A program made the translations under genes and the position numbers. The notes beneath the pieces were generated by a model. That model was not told where the DNA came from and did not search any database. It saw nothing but the letters and a program-made list of their open reading frames with translations. Positions 9,875-21,443 of a stretch of 64,000 nt of DNA are shown piece after piece (position 1 is the first letter of the stretch; every line of letters starts with the position of its first letter). Origin of the DNA: Escherichia coli. GTDB lineage: Bacteria > Pseudomonadota > Gammaproteobacteria > Enterobacterales > Enterobacteriaceae. The stretch lies in NCBI RefSeq assembly GCF_030013205.1, contig NZ_CP122648.1, one strand, 5' to 3'.

Positions 9875-10936
9875 TTATTTTTCGCTGGGCGTTTTGCCTT
9901 TTTGCAGAGTTTCTTTCACCTGACCGATAAGCTGACGACGGAAATCCCCGAGGCGTGGCTTGTCATCGTCAATCCACGGCAGCGGGCGGCAAAGCTCCAT
10001 AGCTTTAATCCCCAGTCGTGCCGTCAGAAGTCCTGCACCAATCCCCTGAGCTGCGCGGGTAGACAAACGCGCAGCGAGATCTTGCGACATCCAGTCCATC
10101 CCCACTTCGCGAACCAGTTCGCTGGCTCCGGCGAAAGCGATATTCAGCAATACCAGCTTGAACAGGCGCAAACGGCTGTAATACCCCAGTTCAATGCCAT
10201 ACAGCGTGGCGATGCGATTAATCAAACGCAGATTGCGCCAGGCGATAAATGCCATATCCACCAGCGCCAGCGGGCTAACGGCGATCATTAACGTTGATTC
10301 CGCTGCCGAACGGCTGATTTCGCGCCGTGCCTGGGCATCTAAAACCGGCTGGACCAGATGAGCATACAGGCTGACCACTTCACGATCGTTCTGCGTTTCA
10401 TGGATTGAGGCATACCAGCGTTGCAGCGCCGGATGCGACTGATCAATACCCGCCTGCTGCGCCAGTTTTTCGCAGAATGCACGGCCTTTACCCGTGCCGT
10501 GACTGTGCAACAAATCGCGCGCTTCGTCGCGTTCATGGGCGCGCTGTCGCAAGCGCCATAAGCGCCGCCACTCTGTTACCACAGAACCTACGCCAGCGCC
10601 GATAATCAATGCCCCAGCGGCACATCCACCCAGCGCCACCCAGTCCTGGGTTTGCCAGGCGTTCATTGTCCACTGTACACCCTGCCCGACAACGCTTGCG
10701 CCAAACAGAGCCAACCCGCCCATCACCATTTTGCGCCACAGGCTGCGTTTCGGACGTAACGCTGCATCCATTACCGCTTCAACTTGCCCCTCTTCTTCCT
10801 GCGCTTCATCGAGCGTGGCCGGGGCAAAATTTTGCGCCTGATTTTCGTCAAAGGTCTGCTGCACCCTGAATTTTGGATTCTGATCGACCTCCAGTGGACC
10901 GTCGAAATCAATACGTGGTTTTAACGGTTCGGTCAT
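9875..10936 (-). CDS. ycjF: Inner-membrane protein of unknown function (UPF0283 family)
   Basis: 353-aa ORF with central hydrophobic segments; overlaps the ycjX stop by 4 bp. Confidence 0.85.
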   Translation of the reverse strand: MTEPLKPRIDFDGPLEVDQNPKFRVQQTFDENQAQNFAPATLDEAQEEEGQVEAVMDAALRPKRSLWRKMVMGGLALFGASVVGQGVQWTMNAWQTQDWVALGGCAAGALIIGAGVGSVVTEWRRLWRLRQRAHERDEARDLLHSHGTGKGRAFCEKLAQQAGIDQSHPALQRWYASIHETQNDREVVSLYAHLVQPVLDAQARREISRSAAESTLMIAVSPLALVDMAFIAWRNLRLINRIATLYGIELGYYSRLRLFKLVLLNIAFAGASELVREVGMDWMSQDLAARLSTRAAQGIGAGLLTARLGIKAMELCRPLPWIDDDKPRLGDFRRQLIGQVKETLQKGKTPSEK

Positions 10937-12330
10937 CGCAATTTATCTCCTATTAAAAATTCCAGCGCAGCATCAAGGCGAATATGCGGCAGCGGTTTGT
11001 CGACATCCATCACCTGCGGACGAAACGCCTCAAACTGGAAGCCTTGCTTATCCCAGAACGCCTGACCAGGCAAACGTGCGGGAACTTCGCCAGGATAAAC
11101 AGTGAGCGGTGCGCCATCACTGAGTCGATTACCGCGCAGCGCCGGGATTTTCTCACCGTTAACATCAATAATGCCGCTGGTGGTCGCCTGAACTGACGCC
11201 AGCCCCAGGCAGTCCATGCTGATCCCTTCGAACGCCGCATTTTGCCAGGCATCCTGAATTAGTTGTTGCAGTAATGAAACCATATTGGCGTGCTGATCGA
11301 TGGTCACATGGTCTGCTTTAGTCGCAGCAAACAATAGCTTATCGATAACCGGCGAAAACAAACGCCGGAACAGGGTTCGCTGCCCGTAGTGGAAACTTTG
11401 CATCAGCTGCGTCAGCGCCAGACGCATATCATTAAATGCCTGTGGCCCACTGTTGAGAGGCTGCAGGCAATCCACCAGCACAATCTGGCGGTCAAAGCGC
11501 AGAAAATGATTCTTATAGAACCCCTTCACCACCTTCTCGCAATAATAATTAAAGCGCTCGCGCAGCATTCCGGCATTGGTATGCTTATCGGCCTGCGCCA
11601 GTTTGGACTCGCCCCAGGCATCGACATCCGGCCACGGGAAGAATTGCAGCGCGGGTGCTCCTGCCATATCTCCCGGCAAGACAAAGCGCCCAGGCTGAAT
11701 AAAGTGCAACCCCTGCTGTTTGCAGTGGTGGAGATACTCGGTCCAGGCGGCGGCAATGTCTGCCAGCCGGTTTTCGTCGGCAGGCGCTAGCGGGTCCAGC
11801 CCTTCGCACATCATTCGCCATTTCGCCGACCATTCGCCGCGCTGACCATTGAGTAAGCCCGTCATCTGGCGCGACCAGCTTAAATAGTCCTGCGCCAGCA
11901 TCGGCAGGTCGAGCAACCATTCGCCGGGGTAATCCACAATTTCCAGATACAGCGTGGAGGTGTCCTTAAAGTGGCGTAGCAGCGAATCGTTCGATTTAAA
12001 ACGTAACGCCAGGCGAATTTCACTGACGCCGCGCGTAGGCGTCGGCCAGGCGGGAGGATCGCCATATAACTGCGCCAACCCTTCATCATAGGTGAAGCGC
12101 GGAATGCCAAAGTCACGCTGGGGAATGCGTTTTACGCCCAGCAGGCGCTCTTCACGCACCGCACTTAAAAGCGGCAAACGTGCTCCGGCATGAATATTAA
12201 GCAACTGATTAACCATCGCGGTGATAAACGCTGTTTTGCCGCTGCGGCTAAGTCCGGTTACAGCGAGGCGCAGATGTCTGTCGACACCCCGATTCACCAG
12301 CGCATTAAGTTCATTTTTAAGTCGCTTCAT
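10933..12330 (-). CDS. ycjX: P-loop NTPase of unknown function
   Basis: 465-aa ORF; Walker A motif GLSRSGKT near the N-terminus. Confidence 0.85.
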   Translation of the reverse strand: MKRLKNELNALVNRGVDRHLRLAVTGLSRSGKTAFITAMVNQLLNIHAGARLPLLSAVREERLLGVKRIPQRDFGIPRFTYDEGLAQLYGDPPAWPTPTRGVSEIRLALRFKSNDSLLRHFKDTSTLYLEIVDYPGEWLLDLPMLAQDYLSWSRQMTGLLNGQRGEWSAKWRMMCEGLDPLAPADENRLADIAAAWTEYLHHCKQQGLHFIQPGRFVLPGDMAGAPALQFFPWPDVDAWGESKLAQADKHTNAGMLRERFNYYCEKVVKGFYKNHFLRFDRQIVLVDCLQPLNSGPQAFNDMRLALTQLMQSFHYGQRTLFRRLFSPVIDKLLFAATKADHVTIDQHANMVSLLQQLIQDAWQNAAFEGISMDCLGLASVQATTSGIIDVNGEKIPALRGNRLSDGAPLTVYPGEVPARLPGQAFWDKQGFQFEAFRPQVMDVDKPLPHIRLDAALEFLIGDKLR

Positions 12331-12372
12331 TGCTGTCCTGTGGACCAGAAAAAACCATCAGTAATGATATGA

Positions 12373-12400
12373 ATGTGGGGGCCAGGCCATTGATTATCAA
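12373..12400 (-). promoter_or_regulatory. Candidate sigma32 promoter for ycjX-ycjF (-35 TTGATAA, 12-13 nt spacer, -10 CCCCCACAT)
   Basis: Read on the minus strand about 35-70 nt upstream of the ycjX start; fits CTTGAAA-N13-15-CCCCATNT. ycjXF are heat-shock regulon members as I recall. Confidence 0.45.
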
Positions 12401-12473
12401 CTGCCCGTGTTGTCATCGACGGACGAACTCCATAAGATGTGCAACATTCACGTTCGGACGGAGTTCCTGACCT

Positions 12474-13472
12474 ATGCCCCCTACTATTTATGATATTGCC
12501 AGGGTTGCAGGCGTATCAAAATCCACCGTATCACGCGTGCTGAATAAGCAAACCAATATCTCCCCGGAAGCGCGCGAAAAAGTGTTACGGGCCATTGAAG
12601 AATTACAGTATCAACCAAACAAGCTGGCACGCGCGCTGACCTCTTCGGGTTTTGATGCCATTATGGTGATTTCTACCCGTTCGACCAAAACTACGGCGGG
12701 TAATCCGTTTTTCTCGGAAGTTTTACATGCCATCACCGCCAAAGCTGAAGAAGAAGGTTTCGACGTGATATTGCAGACGTCGCACAACCTGGCAGAAGAC
12801 TTACAAAAATGCGAAAGCAAAATTAAGCAGAAAATGATTAAAGGCATTATTATGCTAAGTTCGCCAGCGGATGAGTCATTTTTTGCCCAACTCGATAAAT
12901 ATGATATTCCGGTGGTGGTAATTGGCAAAGTTGAAGGTCAATATGCCCATGTTTATTCTGTCGATACCGATAATTTTGGCGACAGCATTGCGTTGACCGA
13001 TGCGTTAATTGAAAGTGGGCATCAAAATATTGCCTGCCTGCATGCACCGCTTGATGTCCATGTTTCGGTTGACCGCGTTAATGGTTATAAGCAGAGTCTG
13101 GAAGATCATAATATTGCAGTGCGCAATGAGTGGATTGTTGACGGCGGTTATACCCATGAAACAGCCTTGCAAGCCGCACGGCAATTATTAAGCCAGTCGC
13201 CGTTGCCAGAAGCCGTATTTGCCACTGACAGCCTGAAATTAATGAGCATTTATCGTGCGGCAGCAGAGAAAAATATTGCTATTCCGCAGCAGTTAGTGGT
13301 GGTGGGTTATAGCAATGAAACGCTGTCATTTATTTTAACGCCTGCACCGGGCGGCATCGATGTTCCGACGCAGGAGTTAGGGCAACAAAGCTGCGAGTTA
13401 TTATTCCGCTTAATTGCCGGAAAACCGTCACCACAAAATATTACCGTTGCCACGCATATGTCGTTGAAATAA
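12474..13472 (+). CDS. ycjW: LacI-family transcriptional repressor
   Basis: 332-aa ORF with N-terminal LacI-type HTH ([20 protein letters not shown]). Confidence 0.85.
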   Translation: MPPTIYDIARVAGVSKSTVSRVLNKQTNISPEAREKVLRAIEELQYQPNKLARALTSSGFDAIMVISTRSTKTTAGNPFFSEVLHAITAKAEEEGFDVILQTSHNLAEDLQKCESKIKQKMIKGIIMLSSPADESFFAQLDKYDIPVVVIGKVEGQYAHVYSVDTDNFGDSIALTDALIESGHQNIACLHAPLDVHVSVDRVNGYKQSLEDHNIAVRNEWIVDGGYTHETALQAARQLLSQSPLPEAVFATDSLKLMSIYRAAAEKNIAIPQQLVVVGYSNETLSFILTPAPGGIDVPTQELGQQSCELLFRLIAGKPSPQNITVATHMSLK

Positions 13473-13477
13473 ATGTA

Positions 13478-13509
13478 TGCCGGATTTGGCGCTCGCGCCG
13501 CATCCGGCA
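13478..13509. repeat. REP-like palindromic element between convergent ycjW and ompG
   Basis: Contains CGCCGCATCCGGCA, the reverse complement of the REP core GCCGGATGCGGCG. Confidence 0.45.
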
Positions 13510-13522
13510 ATTTAACCCATTA

Positions 13523-14428
13523 TCAGAACGAGTAATTTACGCCGACACCTGCATAATGGAATTTATCGCTGTCGCCTTCGTCGTGATCCTGCCACTCAAA
13601 CGCGTATTCCAGCGAAACGGAAAGACCATTCTGGAAATCATAACCGTAAAATAACCCCACACGGTTAAAATCATGGCCTTCACGTTCAATATCATCCTGC
13701 CAGTCCCAGTTACTCCAGCGATCCAGCCCAATGCGCGTATACGGCGTCACCGAGTGGTTGCCGAGCGTCAGCGGCAAATAGGCATGAATTTCTTGCGTGG
13801 AAAACTCACCGTTATTGCGACTGTCGTCCATATTGAAGCCGCGCTCGAGATAATAGTTCACTCGCAAAGCAACCGTTTCGTTGAAGGTATATTGCAGACC
13901 TGTTTCCGTTTCGACTCGGGTATCAGCGTAACCGGTCGTGTTCAGATCGTTGGCAAATTTATACATCGATAACCAACCGTTGAAACGTAAATCGTCAGTC
14001 AGTTTCACATCCCAGTCTGGCGCGATTTTCCAGCGCTGCATATTCGCCGTGTCTTTACCCGGTTCATCAACGTAGTGATAACCATAATTACGGAAACCGC
14101 CGGTCAGCCCGAAACTGAAATCATCGCTTTCGAGGAACTGATAATGCACCTCCAGCTCCGGGCGATCAAACCACGTTCCACGTTTACCCGCGCTATAATC
14201 TACCGGCCCTTCCTGATAATAGGCCAGAGAAATTCTCCACGGCCCGTTGGCGGCATTAAAATAGACAGAAGGCTCCGCGAGCCCATCCATATCTTCGCCA
14301 TAACCCTCGACGTTTTCTATTTCGTACATCGCGCCGATATTAAAGTGCCAGTCGTTCTTTTCCTCGGCCTGTGCGCAAGCCATTCCCGCACACATCACCA
14401 GTGCGGTACAAGGTAATAATTTTTTCAT
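13523..14428 (-). CDS. ompG: Outer-membrane porin OmpG
   Basis: 301-aa ORF with signal peptide and C-terminal aromatic residue (...GVNYSF). Confidence 0.9.
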   Translation of the reverse strand: MKKLLPCTALVMCAGMACAQAEEKNDWHFNIGAMYEIENVEGYGEDMDGLAEPSVYFNAANGPWRISLAYYQEGPVDYSAGKRGTWFDRPELEVHYQFLESDDFSFGLTGGFRNYGYHYVDEPGKDTANMQRWKIAPDWDVKLTDDLRFNGWLSMYKFANDLNTTGYADTRVETETGLQYTFNETVALRVNYYLERGFNMDDSRNNGEFSTQEIHAYLPLTLGNHSVTPYTRIGLDRWSNWDWQDDIEREGHDFNRVGLFYGYDFQNGLSVSLEYAFEWQDHDEGDSDKFHYAGVGVNYSF

Positions 14429-14472
14429 TATTGTTCCTTGTATTATCCTGGGGGAATGCCTTCCCCCTGTAT

Positions 14473-15555
14473 TTAGCGAATTGCTATTTCCATTTCTGCA
14501 TCAAAGAAATGACATTTAGTCATATCAAAATGAATAGTGATATTTTCTCCTGCATGATAATCATTTAACGCACCAGCACGGACCACCAGTTCGTGCCCCC
14601 CAACCGTGGTGTAGAGCATAAATTCAGCACCGGTTAATTCTGCCACGCTAATTTTGGCGGAAATGTTATTTTCCTCTTGCGCGTCCGGATGAATATCTTC
14701 CGGGCGTATTCCCATCACGATGGGCTTATGCAAACTTTCCTGTGTTTTCAGAACCGCTAATTTCTCTTCGGGAATGGTTAATTTAAGCGTTTCAGTAACG
14801 AATTTATCGCCATCGATCGTGCCGCGAATAAAATTCATCGCCGGTGATCCAATAAATCCGGCAACAAACATATTCGCGGGTTGGTTATAAACCGTTTTCG
14901 GCGCACCTACTTGCTGAACAATCCCATCCTTCATAATCACAATCCGCGTCGCCATGGTCATCGCTTCGGTCTGATCGTGGGTCACGTAGATCATGGTGGT
15001 GTTCAGTTTCTGATGCAGCTTGCTGATCTCTGCGCGCATTTGTACGCGCAGCTTGGCATCAAGGTTAGAGAGCGGTTCATCCATTAAAAACACGCCCGCT
15101 TCGCGCACAATCGCCCGCCCGAGCGCCACACGCTGGCGTTGCCCGCCGGAAAGCGCCCCCGGCTTGCGTTTCAGGTACTCTCGCAGACCGAGAATTTGCG
15201 CCGCCCAGTTCACCCGCTCATCAATCACCTCTTTGGCGATTTTTTGCATCTTCAGGCCAAACGCCATGTTGTCGTAAACCGTCATATGCGGATACAACGC
15301 GTAGTTCTGGAACACCATCGCGATATTGCGTGCTTTGGCTGGAACGTCGTTCATTCGTTTGCCGTCGATCAACAGATCGCCGCCGCTGATCTCCTCAAGC
15401 CCGGCAATCATGCGCAGGGTGGTCGATTTACCGCAGCCCGACGGGCCGACAAATACGATGAACTCTTTATCGGCAATTTCCAGGTTGAAGTCCTTCACCA
15501 CATGCACCTGGTTATCGTAGATTTTTTGAATATGTTGTAACGAAAGCTGAGCCAT
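14473..15555 (-). CDS. ycjV: ABC transporter ATP-binding protein (MalK-like), intact here
   Basis: 360-aa ORF with Walker A GPSGCGKST and signature LSGGQRQR. Confidence 0.85.
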   Translation of the reverse strand: MAQLSLQHIQKIYDNQVHVVKDFNLEIADKEFIVFVGPSGCGKSTTLRMIAGLEEISGGDLLIDGKRMNDVPAKARNIAMVFQNYALYPHMTVYDNMAFGLKMQKIAKEVIDERVNWAAQILGLREYLKRKPGALSGGQRQRVALGRAIVREAGVFLMDEPLSNLDAKLRVQMRAEISKLHQKLNTTMIYVTHDQTEAMTMATRIVIMKDGIVQQVGAPKTVYNQPANMFVAGFIGSPAMNFIRGTIDGDKFVTETLKLTIPEEKLAVLKTQESLHKPIVMGIRPEDIHPDAQEENNISAKISVAELTGAEFMLYTTVGGHELVVRAGALNDYHAGENITIHFDMTKCHFFDAEMEIAIR

Positions 15556-15568
15556 GTTGATTCCTTTG

Positions 15569-16228
15569 CTATACGTTTTGCCAGAAGGCCGATAACCGCG
15601 GCCAGGTGAGTGATTCCGTTGAGGGCAACAATAATTGCGCCCCGGTTAAGCCTGCGCCGATCCCCACCGAGCGCATACCGCTGGCGTTAATGGCGTCAAT
15701 GCCCGCCTGCGCATCTTCAATGCCGATACATGCCTGCGGCGGCACGCCCAGTCCGGCACAGGCGGCGAGAAAGATTTCCGGGTCCGGTTTCGAGTTTTTA
15801 AGTTGGGAAGCGTCCGCGCAGAAGGTGAAAAACTCACGCAGCTCCAGTGCATCTAAAATCGTCGGCGCATTGAGGGAGACAGAAGCCAGCCCTACCGGGA
15901 TCTGTTGTGCACGGAGATCTGTCAGCAAAGAGCGAATGCCGGGCAGCACAGCATTAACCGTCAGTTCGCGCAATGAATGGACGTAGAGCAGATTTTTGCG
16001 ATACGCCAGTTGCGCCCGTTCCTGTGGGTTAAAATCGCCCTCTTTACCCCCGTGTTGCAGAATGCGGCGCAGAGACTCATCGCGGCTGATCCCTTTTAGA
16101 GTTTCGTTAAACTGCGCATCAATGCTGATGCCAATTTCAGCGGCAATCTGCTGCCACGCCTGGAAATGCAGATGCGCGGTATCGGTGATTACTCCATCCA
16201 GATCGAAAATTACCCCTTGCAGTTTCAT
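15569..16228 (-). CDS. ycjU: Beta-phosphoglucomutase (HAD superfamily)
   Basis: 219-aa ORF with HAD motif I ([10 protein letters not shown]). Confidence 0.85.
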   Translation of the reverse strand: MKLQGVIFDLDGVITDTAHLHFQAWQQIAAEIGISIDAQFNETLKGISRDESLRRILQHGGKEGDFNPQERAQLAYRKNLLYVHSLRELTVNAVLPGIRSLLTDLRAQQIPVGLASVSLNAPTILDALELREFFTFCADASQLKNSKPDPEIFLAACAGLGVPPQACIGIEDAQAGIDAINASGMRSVGIGAGLTGAQLLLPSTESLTWPRLSAFWQNV

Positions 16229-18492
16229 TCATTCTCCTGATGCGTGGTAGCGGTCCCATTGAAGGGCAAAATAAAATCACCCAAACAGAAAACAGATTCT
16301 TCAGCCACAGATATAAGCTGCCCGTTCAAACGCAGTGAAACGGGCGCAGAAGTTCGAATCGCAATACGCTGCGCGTCGAGAGTGACCTGTAATTCGCAGC
16401 CCTGCCAGAACAGAGGGAAAGACAACTGTTGCCACTGCACAGGTAACGCCGGATTCAAATTTAATTCACCGTCACGCACGCTCACCCCGGCAAAACCCTG
16501 AATCGCCCCCAGCCAGATAGCGCCAGTTGCGGCAGCATGGATACCGTCGTCGCAGCTATGCGGGTCAGCACCGAGATCGATTTCAGTCCCCTCCCGCCAG
16601 AACTGATAACTTTGCGCCAACAGGCCACAGCGTGCGGCAACAATGCCGTGGATCGCTTTACTCAGTGAAGAGTCGTGAATGGTGCGCGGTTCATAAAATT
16701 GCAGATTGGCAAGACACGATGCCGCTGAGTACTGCTCCGGCAGCATGTAATTGAGCATCACCACATCAGCTTGTTTGAGGATCTGCATCTCGTTCACTTC
16801 TGCGCGTGAATAATCCAGCAGAATGGTTTGCTTCCCCGCCGCCGCTTTGTATTTCGCCAGATTAATCGCTGGTTTCGCCATAAACGAATCATCCTGCGGC
16901 AAAACGCCGTCGGGCTGAATTTCTGGCAGCCGCAGTTCTTTAAGGAACATTTCGGCGCGATGGATAAATGCATCGTCGCTACAGCCAAACTGGCGGGCAA
17001 TACTCAGCGCCTGCTGGACGTTGTAATACGCCATATAGCTGGTGAAGGCGTTATTATTGACATGTTCGGTATATTCGTCAGGCCCAATAACATCATGAAT
17101 TTCCAGACGGTCGTTAACCCTCACCGCGCGGCTAATCCAGAACTTTGCAGTTTCCAGAAGTAGCGCCATGCCTTCATGCGCAATGAAACTTTCATCCCCC
17201 GTGGTCTGCCAGTATTGAATAACCGCCCAGGCGATATCGGCCACCAGATGATGTTCCGCCTGCGCCGAGGCCACTTTTTGCCGCAGCCCGGTGCGAATGT
17301 TAATGGCGGCAAATTCCGGCGTCTCTTCTTCGCCGCTGCGCGCGCTTTCCCACGGAAATAGCGCGCCCTGCCAGCCGTTGCGTCGCGCTTTCTCCTGCGC
17401 GCCTGGCAAGTTGTGCCAGCGATAACGCAGTAAACTTCTGGCAATCGTCGGTTCGCTAAACAGATGGAACGGCAGTAAAAATACTTCCGTATCCCAGAAA
17501 ACGTGGCCTTTGTAGCCTTCCCCGGTCAAACCTTTTGCCGCAATACTGCTGCGCTCGTCGTGAGCAGGCGTCATGATGCGTAGGTGATAAAGCGCATAAT
17601 CTAACGCTTGCTGATCGTGCGCATCGCCACCGTTTACCGTGATACGACGTTTCTGCCACCATTGACGCCAGTTTTCTGTGGATGCTGCAAGAAGTTGGTC
17701 GTAACTCTGCTGTACACACATTTCAAGCTGACGAAGCGACGCACTGCCCCACTCGTCTAAAGCGACGTGCCTGTCATCCCGCCAGTCGATCCACACCAGT
17801 TTTTGCAGCGTCAGCGTTTCGCCTGCGTGAAGTTGCGCACTGGTATGTTGCAGCAAGCGGCGCTCTTTGGCGGTATAGCATTGCTGCACATCACCGCTCA
17901 CCTTACAGCAACAGCTGATGGCCACATCACTGCGCCCATCCTGGGTGGTGTAGATCCCCTGCATCAGATGCTGACCAAATACCCGCACCTGGGTTTCGTC
18001 GAGATGTTGGCGACCGTGGTTGGTTTGCGTGGCGTCAATGCCTGTTGAAATCAGCACTGACGCGTCGGCGTCCAGCGCAGTAATAGTGATTTCCAGTGCA
18101 ATCAGCGGCAGGTGGTCTGCCGAAACAAAGCGACGGCTGGCGATGGTGTAACGCGCGCCGTTGCTGGTACACCAGACAACGTTGCGGCGTAATTCGCCAC
18201 TGGCAAAGTCAAGCTCACGCTGCCATGTTTCGCGGGATAACGAGAAAACCTCACCATTTATGGCAATCTCCATCCCCACGACATCAGGCAGGTTCACCAG
18301 TTCGTTGATTTCACCCTTACCCGCTCGATGATACAGCCCCGCCAGATACATGCCGCGCGTCTGGCGCGTGTAATCTTCTTCATGGCTGGCGCGAAGCCCA
18401 AGATAGCCGTTCCCCTGCGCCATCAGTGAAGCATATTTGTTCAGGGTATGCTGGCTGAAATGGGGTTCTGATAACGTTACTGGCCTGGTCAT
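16225..18492 (-). CDS. ycjT: Glycoside hydrolase family 65 phosphorylase (kojibiose phosphorylase)
   Basis: 755-aa ORF; 4-bp overlap with ycjU and ycjS. Confidence 0.85.
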   Translation of the reverse strand: MTRPVTLSEPHFSQHTLNKYASLMAQGNGYLGLRASHEEDYTRQTRGMYLAGLYHRAGKGEINELVNLPDVVGMEIAINGEVFSLSRETWQRELDFASGELRRNVVWCTSNGARYTIASRRFVSADHLPLIALEITITALDADASVLISTGIDATQTNHGRQHLDETQVRVFGQHLMQGIYTTQDGRSDVAISCCCKVSGDVQQCYTAKERRLLQHTSAQLHAGETLTLQKLVWIDWRDDRHVALDEWGSASLRQLEMCVQQSYDQLLAASTENWRQWWQKRRITVNGGDAHDQQALDYALYHLRIMTPAHDERSSIAAKGLTGEGYKGHVFWDTEVFLLPFHLFSEPTIARSLLRYRWHNLPGAQEKARRNGWQGALFPWESARSGEEETPEFAAINIRTGLRQKVASAQAEHHLVADIAWAVIQYWQTTGDESFIAHEGMALLLETAKFWISRAVRVNDRLEIHDVIGPDEYTEHVNNNAFTSYMAYYNVQQALSIARQFGCSDDAFIHRAEMFLKELRLPEIQPDGVLPQDDSFMAKPAINLAKYKAAAGKQTILLDYSRAEVNEMQILKQADVVMLNYMLPEQYSAASCLANLQFYEPRTIHDSSLSKAIHGIVAARCGLLAQSYQFWREGTEIDLGADPHSCDDGIHAAATGAIWLGAIQGFAGVSVRDGELNLNPALPVQWQQLSFPLFWQGCELQVTLDAQRIAIRTSAPVSLRLNGQLISVAEESVFCLGDFILPFNGTATTHQENE
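16243..16259. promoter_or_regulatory. 17-bp exact repeat (minus strand ATGGGACCGCTACCACG) 15-31 nt upstream of the ycjU start; candidate YcjW operator
   Basis: Identical 17-mer at 26172-26188 upstream of ycjM. Operator assignment is inference. Confidence 0.35.
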
Positions 18493-19544
18493 AATTCCAC
18501 ACGCGTCCCTGTTTCTGCGGATTGATACAACGCCGCCACCAGTTGCTGGATGATGTATCCCTGCTCGGCGTCGGCTATCATCACGGGCTTGCCCTGTACG
18601 TGATTGATAAAGGATTCCATACTGCGCAGATGACGGTTGTCGTCTGCCATTTCCCGTTGCATCAGCGTCATTAACTCACCGTTGTTATCGGTATAGATAT
18701 GTGCTGGAAACAGCGTTGCACCAGCTTTATCACCACAAAAGCTGACGTTCATAATCGACTGTTCGCGGATGTTGAGTGCAAATGACGTTTCCAGCCACAG
18801 AATGCCGCCGTTATGAAATTCAATGGTGCCAAATAACGAATCTTCGACGCTGTAAGTTGCCGGATCCCACTCGCCAAATTGACCACAGCTCTTTTGTGTG
18901 CCGATCTTTTGAAAGCTATGCGCGGTCACGCTTTTCACCGCCGGAAAGCCCAGTACATACATCGCCGCATCCAGCATATGAATGCCGATGTCGATCAGCG
19001 GCCCGCCGCCCTGCAATTCTTTATTGGTAAAAACGCCCCAGCCGGGAACGCCGCAGCGACGCAGGGCGCGGGCGGTGGTAACGTAAATCTCTCCCAAAAC
19101 GCCGTTGGTCACCTGTTCACGCAGCTGTTGCGTATCGAGTGCAAAACGATGGTGAAAGTCGTAGGCCAGCACCTTGCCCTGTTTGCGCGCGGTATCGCAC
19201 ATTTCCCGCGCCTGTTCTGGCGTCATGGCGGGCGGTTTTTCGCACATCACATGGCAGCCCGCTTCCAGCGCCATCAGGGTATGTTCGTAATGAAAACGGT
19301 TAGGTGAGCAGACGCTAACCACATCAGGTTTCACCGCCAGCAGCATGGCCTGCGGATCGTCCCACACGGATGCATTCCCGTATTTTTCTGCCAGCGCCTG
19401 CGCCTGGGAAAGGCGGCTGTCACAGACAGCCACCAGTTCCAGATCGTTGCGGGTGCAGTAGTACGAAGCATGAACCTTATCCGCCACCTGGCCTGCGCCG
19501 ATTATCGCGACCCGCAGTGGAGAGCTTGTCATTGCACTTTTCAC
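18489..19544 (-). CDS. ycjS: Gfo/Idh/MocA-family NAD-dependent oxidoreductase
   Basis: 351-aa ORF with N-terminal Rossmann motif (VAIIGAGQVA). Confidence 0.85.
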   Translation of the reverse strand: MKSAMTSSPLRVAIIGAGQVADKVHASYYCTRNDLELVAVCDSRLSQAQALAEKYGNASVWDDPQAMLLAVKPDVVSVCSPNRFHYEHTLMALEAGCHVMCEKPPAMTPEQAREMCDTARKQGKVLAYDFHHRFALDTQQLREQVTNGVLGEIYVTTARALRRCGVPGWGVFTNKELQGGGPLIDIGIHMLDAAMYVLGFPAVKSVTAHSFQKIGTQKSCGQFGEWDPATYSVEDSLFGTIEFHNGGILWLETSFALNIREQSIMNVSFCGDKAGATLFPAHIYTDNNGELMTLMQREMADDNRHLRSMESFINHVQGKPVMIADAEQGYIIQQLVAALYQSAETGTRVEL

Positions 19545-19553
19545 AAAGACCTC

Positions 19554-20342
19554 TTAGCAGGTACGCAACCAGGCCAAAGAATCACGGTACGCCTGGGCAG
19601 GATTTTCTGCCCGGATACGCCCTTCATACACCACATAACCCTGATAGTTATCGGCGCGCAGCTGTTCAAACAGCGCGTGGAAATCGAGGGTGCCGCTGCC
19701 CGGCTGGTAACGATGGTTATCGGCAATATGCACATGACCGAGCAGGTCGCGGTTGTCGTGCAGCGCCTGCGCCAGGTTATCTTCTTCGATATTCATGTGA
19801 TAGAAATCGCCGATAATCTGCACATGTTTAAGATCGTTTTCGACGATGTAACGACGAGCATCGGCGAGGGTGTTGATCATGTGATCCTGATAGCGGTTTA
19901 ACGGTTCGAGGTACACCACGGTTCCGGTACGCGCGGCTACCTGTTCCAGCACGCGCAGGGAATCACTCACCATTTTGCGGTCGCCATCCAGGCTGCGCGG
20001 CGAGGTCATCGGCGGTAAACGGAAGGTAAACATGCCCCATGCAGCAGGAACGACGATACCTTTACCGCCCACTTCGGCCAGCGCTTCAAGAATGCGTTCG
20101 ATCTGCTTTAAGCCATTAAGACGACGCTCTTCGATAAAGTCGCCAATCCAACCGTCATAGCCACCGCAGGCGGTGGTCACCGGTAAGCCGGTTTCTTTGA
20201 TTGCCGCTTTGACTTCTTCGATATTGTTGACCAGCAGTTTGCCGTCAATCTCAAAAATATCGAAGCCCATCTCTTTGATATAACGAAATTTCTCCAGAAT
20301 GTTTTCTGGAAAGAACGCCTGATTCTGTGTGCCGATTTTCAT
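19554..20342 (-). CDS. ycjR: Sugar-phosphate isomerase/epimerase (TIM-barrel)
   Basis: ORF 19554-20351; start tentatively placed at MKIGTQ to give 262 aa. Confidence 0.8.
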   Translation of the reverse strand: MKIGTQNQAFFPENILEKFRYIKEMGFDIFEIDGKLLVNNIEEVKAAIKETGLPVTTACGGYDGWIGDFIEERRLNGLKQIERILEALAEVGGKGIVVPAAWGMFTFRLPPMTSPRSLDGDRKMVSDSLRVLEQVAARTGTVVYLEPLNRYQDHMINTLADARRYIVENDLKHVQIIGDFYHMNIEEDNLAQALHDNRDLLGHVHIADNHRYQPGSGTLDFHALFEQLRADNYQGYVVYEGRIRAENPAQAYRDSLAWLRTC

Positions 20343-20360
20343 TTTTATCATTCCTTTGAA

Positions 20361-21413
20361 TTAAAACGTGACGCCCATTTTGATGCTCTGTTCCGGATGC
20401 TGGTCGACATACTGCATGTAACTTTCCGGGCTATTGGCAAAGGTCACCACCGGGTCGATTAAATCTTCACAATTGAGATAACCGTTCATCAGCAGTTCCC
20501 AACAGGTTTCTTCGATACGTTTGCGGCTCCAGCGCGGATAATCCGGGTTCGGCTCGCTGCACGCACGGGAGAAAACAATTTTGGCGTTATTGAAATGGGC
20601 TTCGCGTCCGAGGTTAAAACCTTCGGCAAACGGTTTGGCAAACGCGACATACGAGATGGTGCCGCCATATGCCAGGCCGCGAAGCGCCGATTGCAGCGCG
20701 TCGGCGTAACCGCTGGTTTCGATAATCACATCGGCACCCTGCTTGCCGGTCAGCGTTTTGATCTCTTTGCCTACGTCAGTGCCAATAGGGTTAAGGCAGA
20801 AATCCGCACCGTGTCGACGAGCAATATCACAACGATGGGCAATAGGATCGACGCCAATTACCACCGATGCGCCAGCGCGTTTCGCCAGTTGGATGGCAAT
20901 TTGACCGATCGCGCCAAGCCCTACCACCACGACAAAATCCCCTACGCGCACGTTGGCATCGCGCACGCCGCTCATGGCAAACTGCGCCGGGTCGTAGCAG
21001 ACGGCGTTTTTCCACGAACTGCCTTGCGGCATTTTGCGCAGCTTGTAGTTATTCACCGCGTTAATGATGACCGTTTCGGAAAGCGGGCCGTAGCCGCATA
21101 CGCTGTCGCCCACCGCGTAGTCGGTAACGTCGCTGCCGCACTCGATAATGTCGCCAACCACCATGTTGCCAAGCTGGAATTTGCCAAACTCAATGCCGCG
21201 CGGCGCATCTGCCGGACGCGGGGTAAACATCTGCCATTCGCCGTTAAAGTCTTCATCGATAAACGGGCTGGCGGCGCGGAAATCGACCACTTCCGTTCCA
21301 TGTTTCGGCGCGCCGAAACGCACGCGGATCTTCACTTCATTGGCTAAAATCGCCCGATCTTCATACTCAACCAGCGCAGCTACGCGCGGTGCTGTGGCTA
21401 CTAACTTTTTCAT
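20361..21413 (-). CDS. ycjQ: Zinc-dependent medium-chain dehydrogenase
   Basis: 350-aa ORF with GxGxxG NAD-binding motif (VVGLGAIGQ). Confidence 0.85.
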   Translation of the reverse strand: MKKLVATAPRVAALVEYEDRAILANEVKIRVRFGAPKHGTEVVDFRAASPFIDEDFNGEWQMFTPRPADAPRGIEFGKFQLGNMVVGDIIECGSDVTDYAVGDSVCGYGPLSETVIINAVNNYKLRKMPQGSSWKNAVCYDPAQFAMSGVRDANVRVGDFVVVVGLGAIGQIAIQLAKRAGASVVIGVDPIAHRCDIARRHGADFCLNPIGTDVGKEIKTLTGKQGADVIIETSGYADALQSALRGLAYGGTISYVAFAKPFAEGFNLGREAHFNNAKIVFSRACSEPNPDYPRWSRKRIEETCWELLMNGYLNCEDLIDPVVTFANSPESYMQYVDQHPEQSIKMGVTF

Positions 21414-21443
21414 GTAAAACTCCTTGTAAAGAAACTGGCCGCT

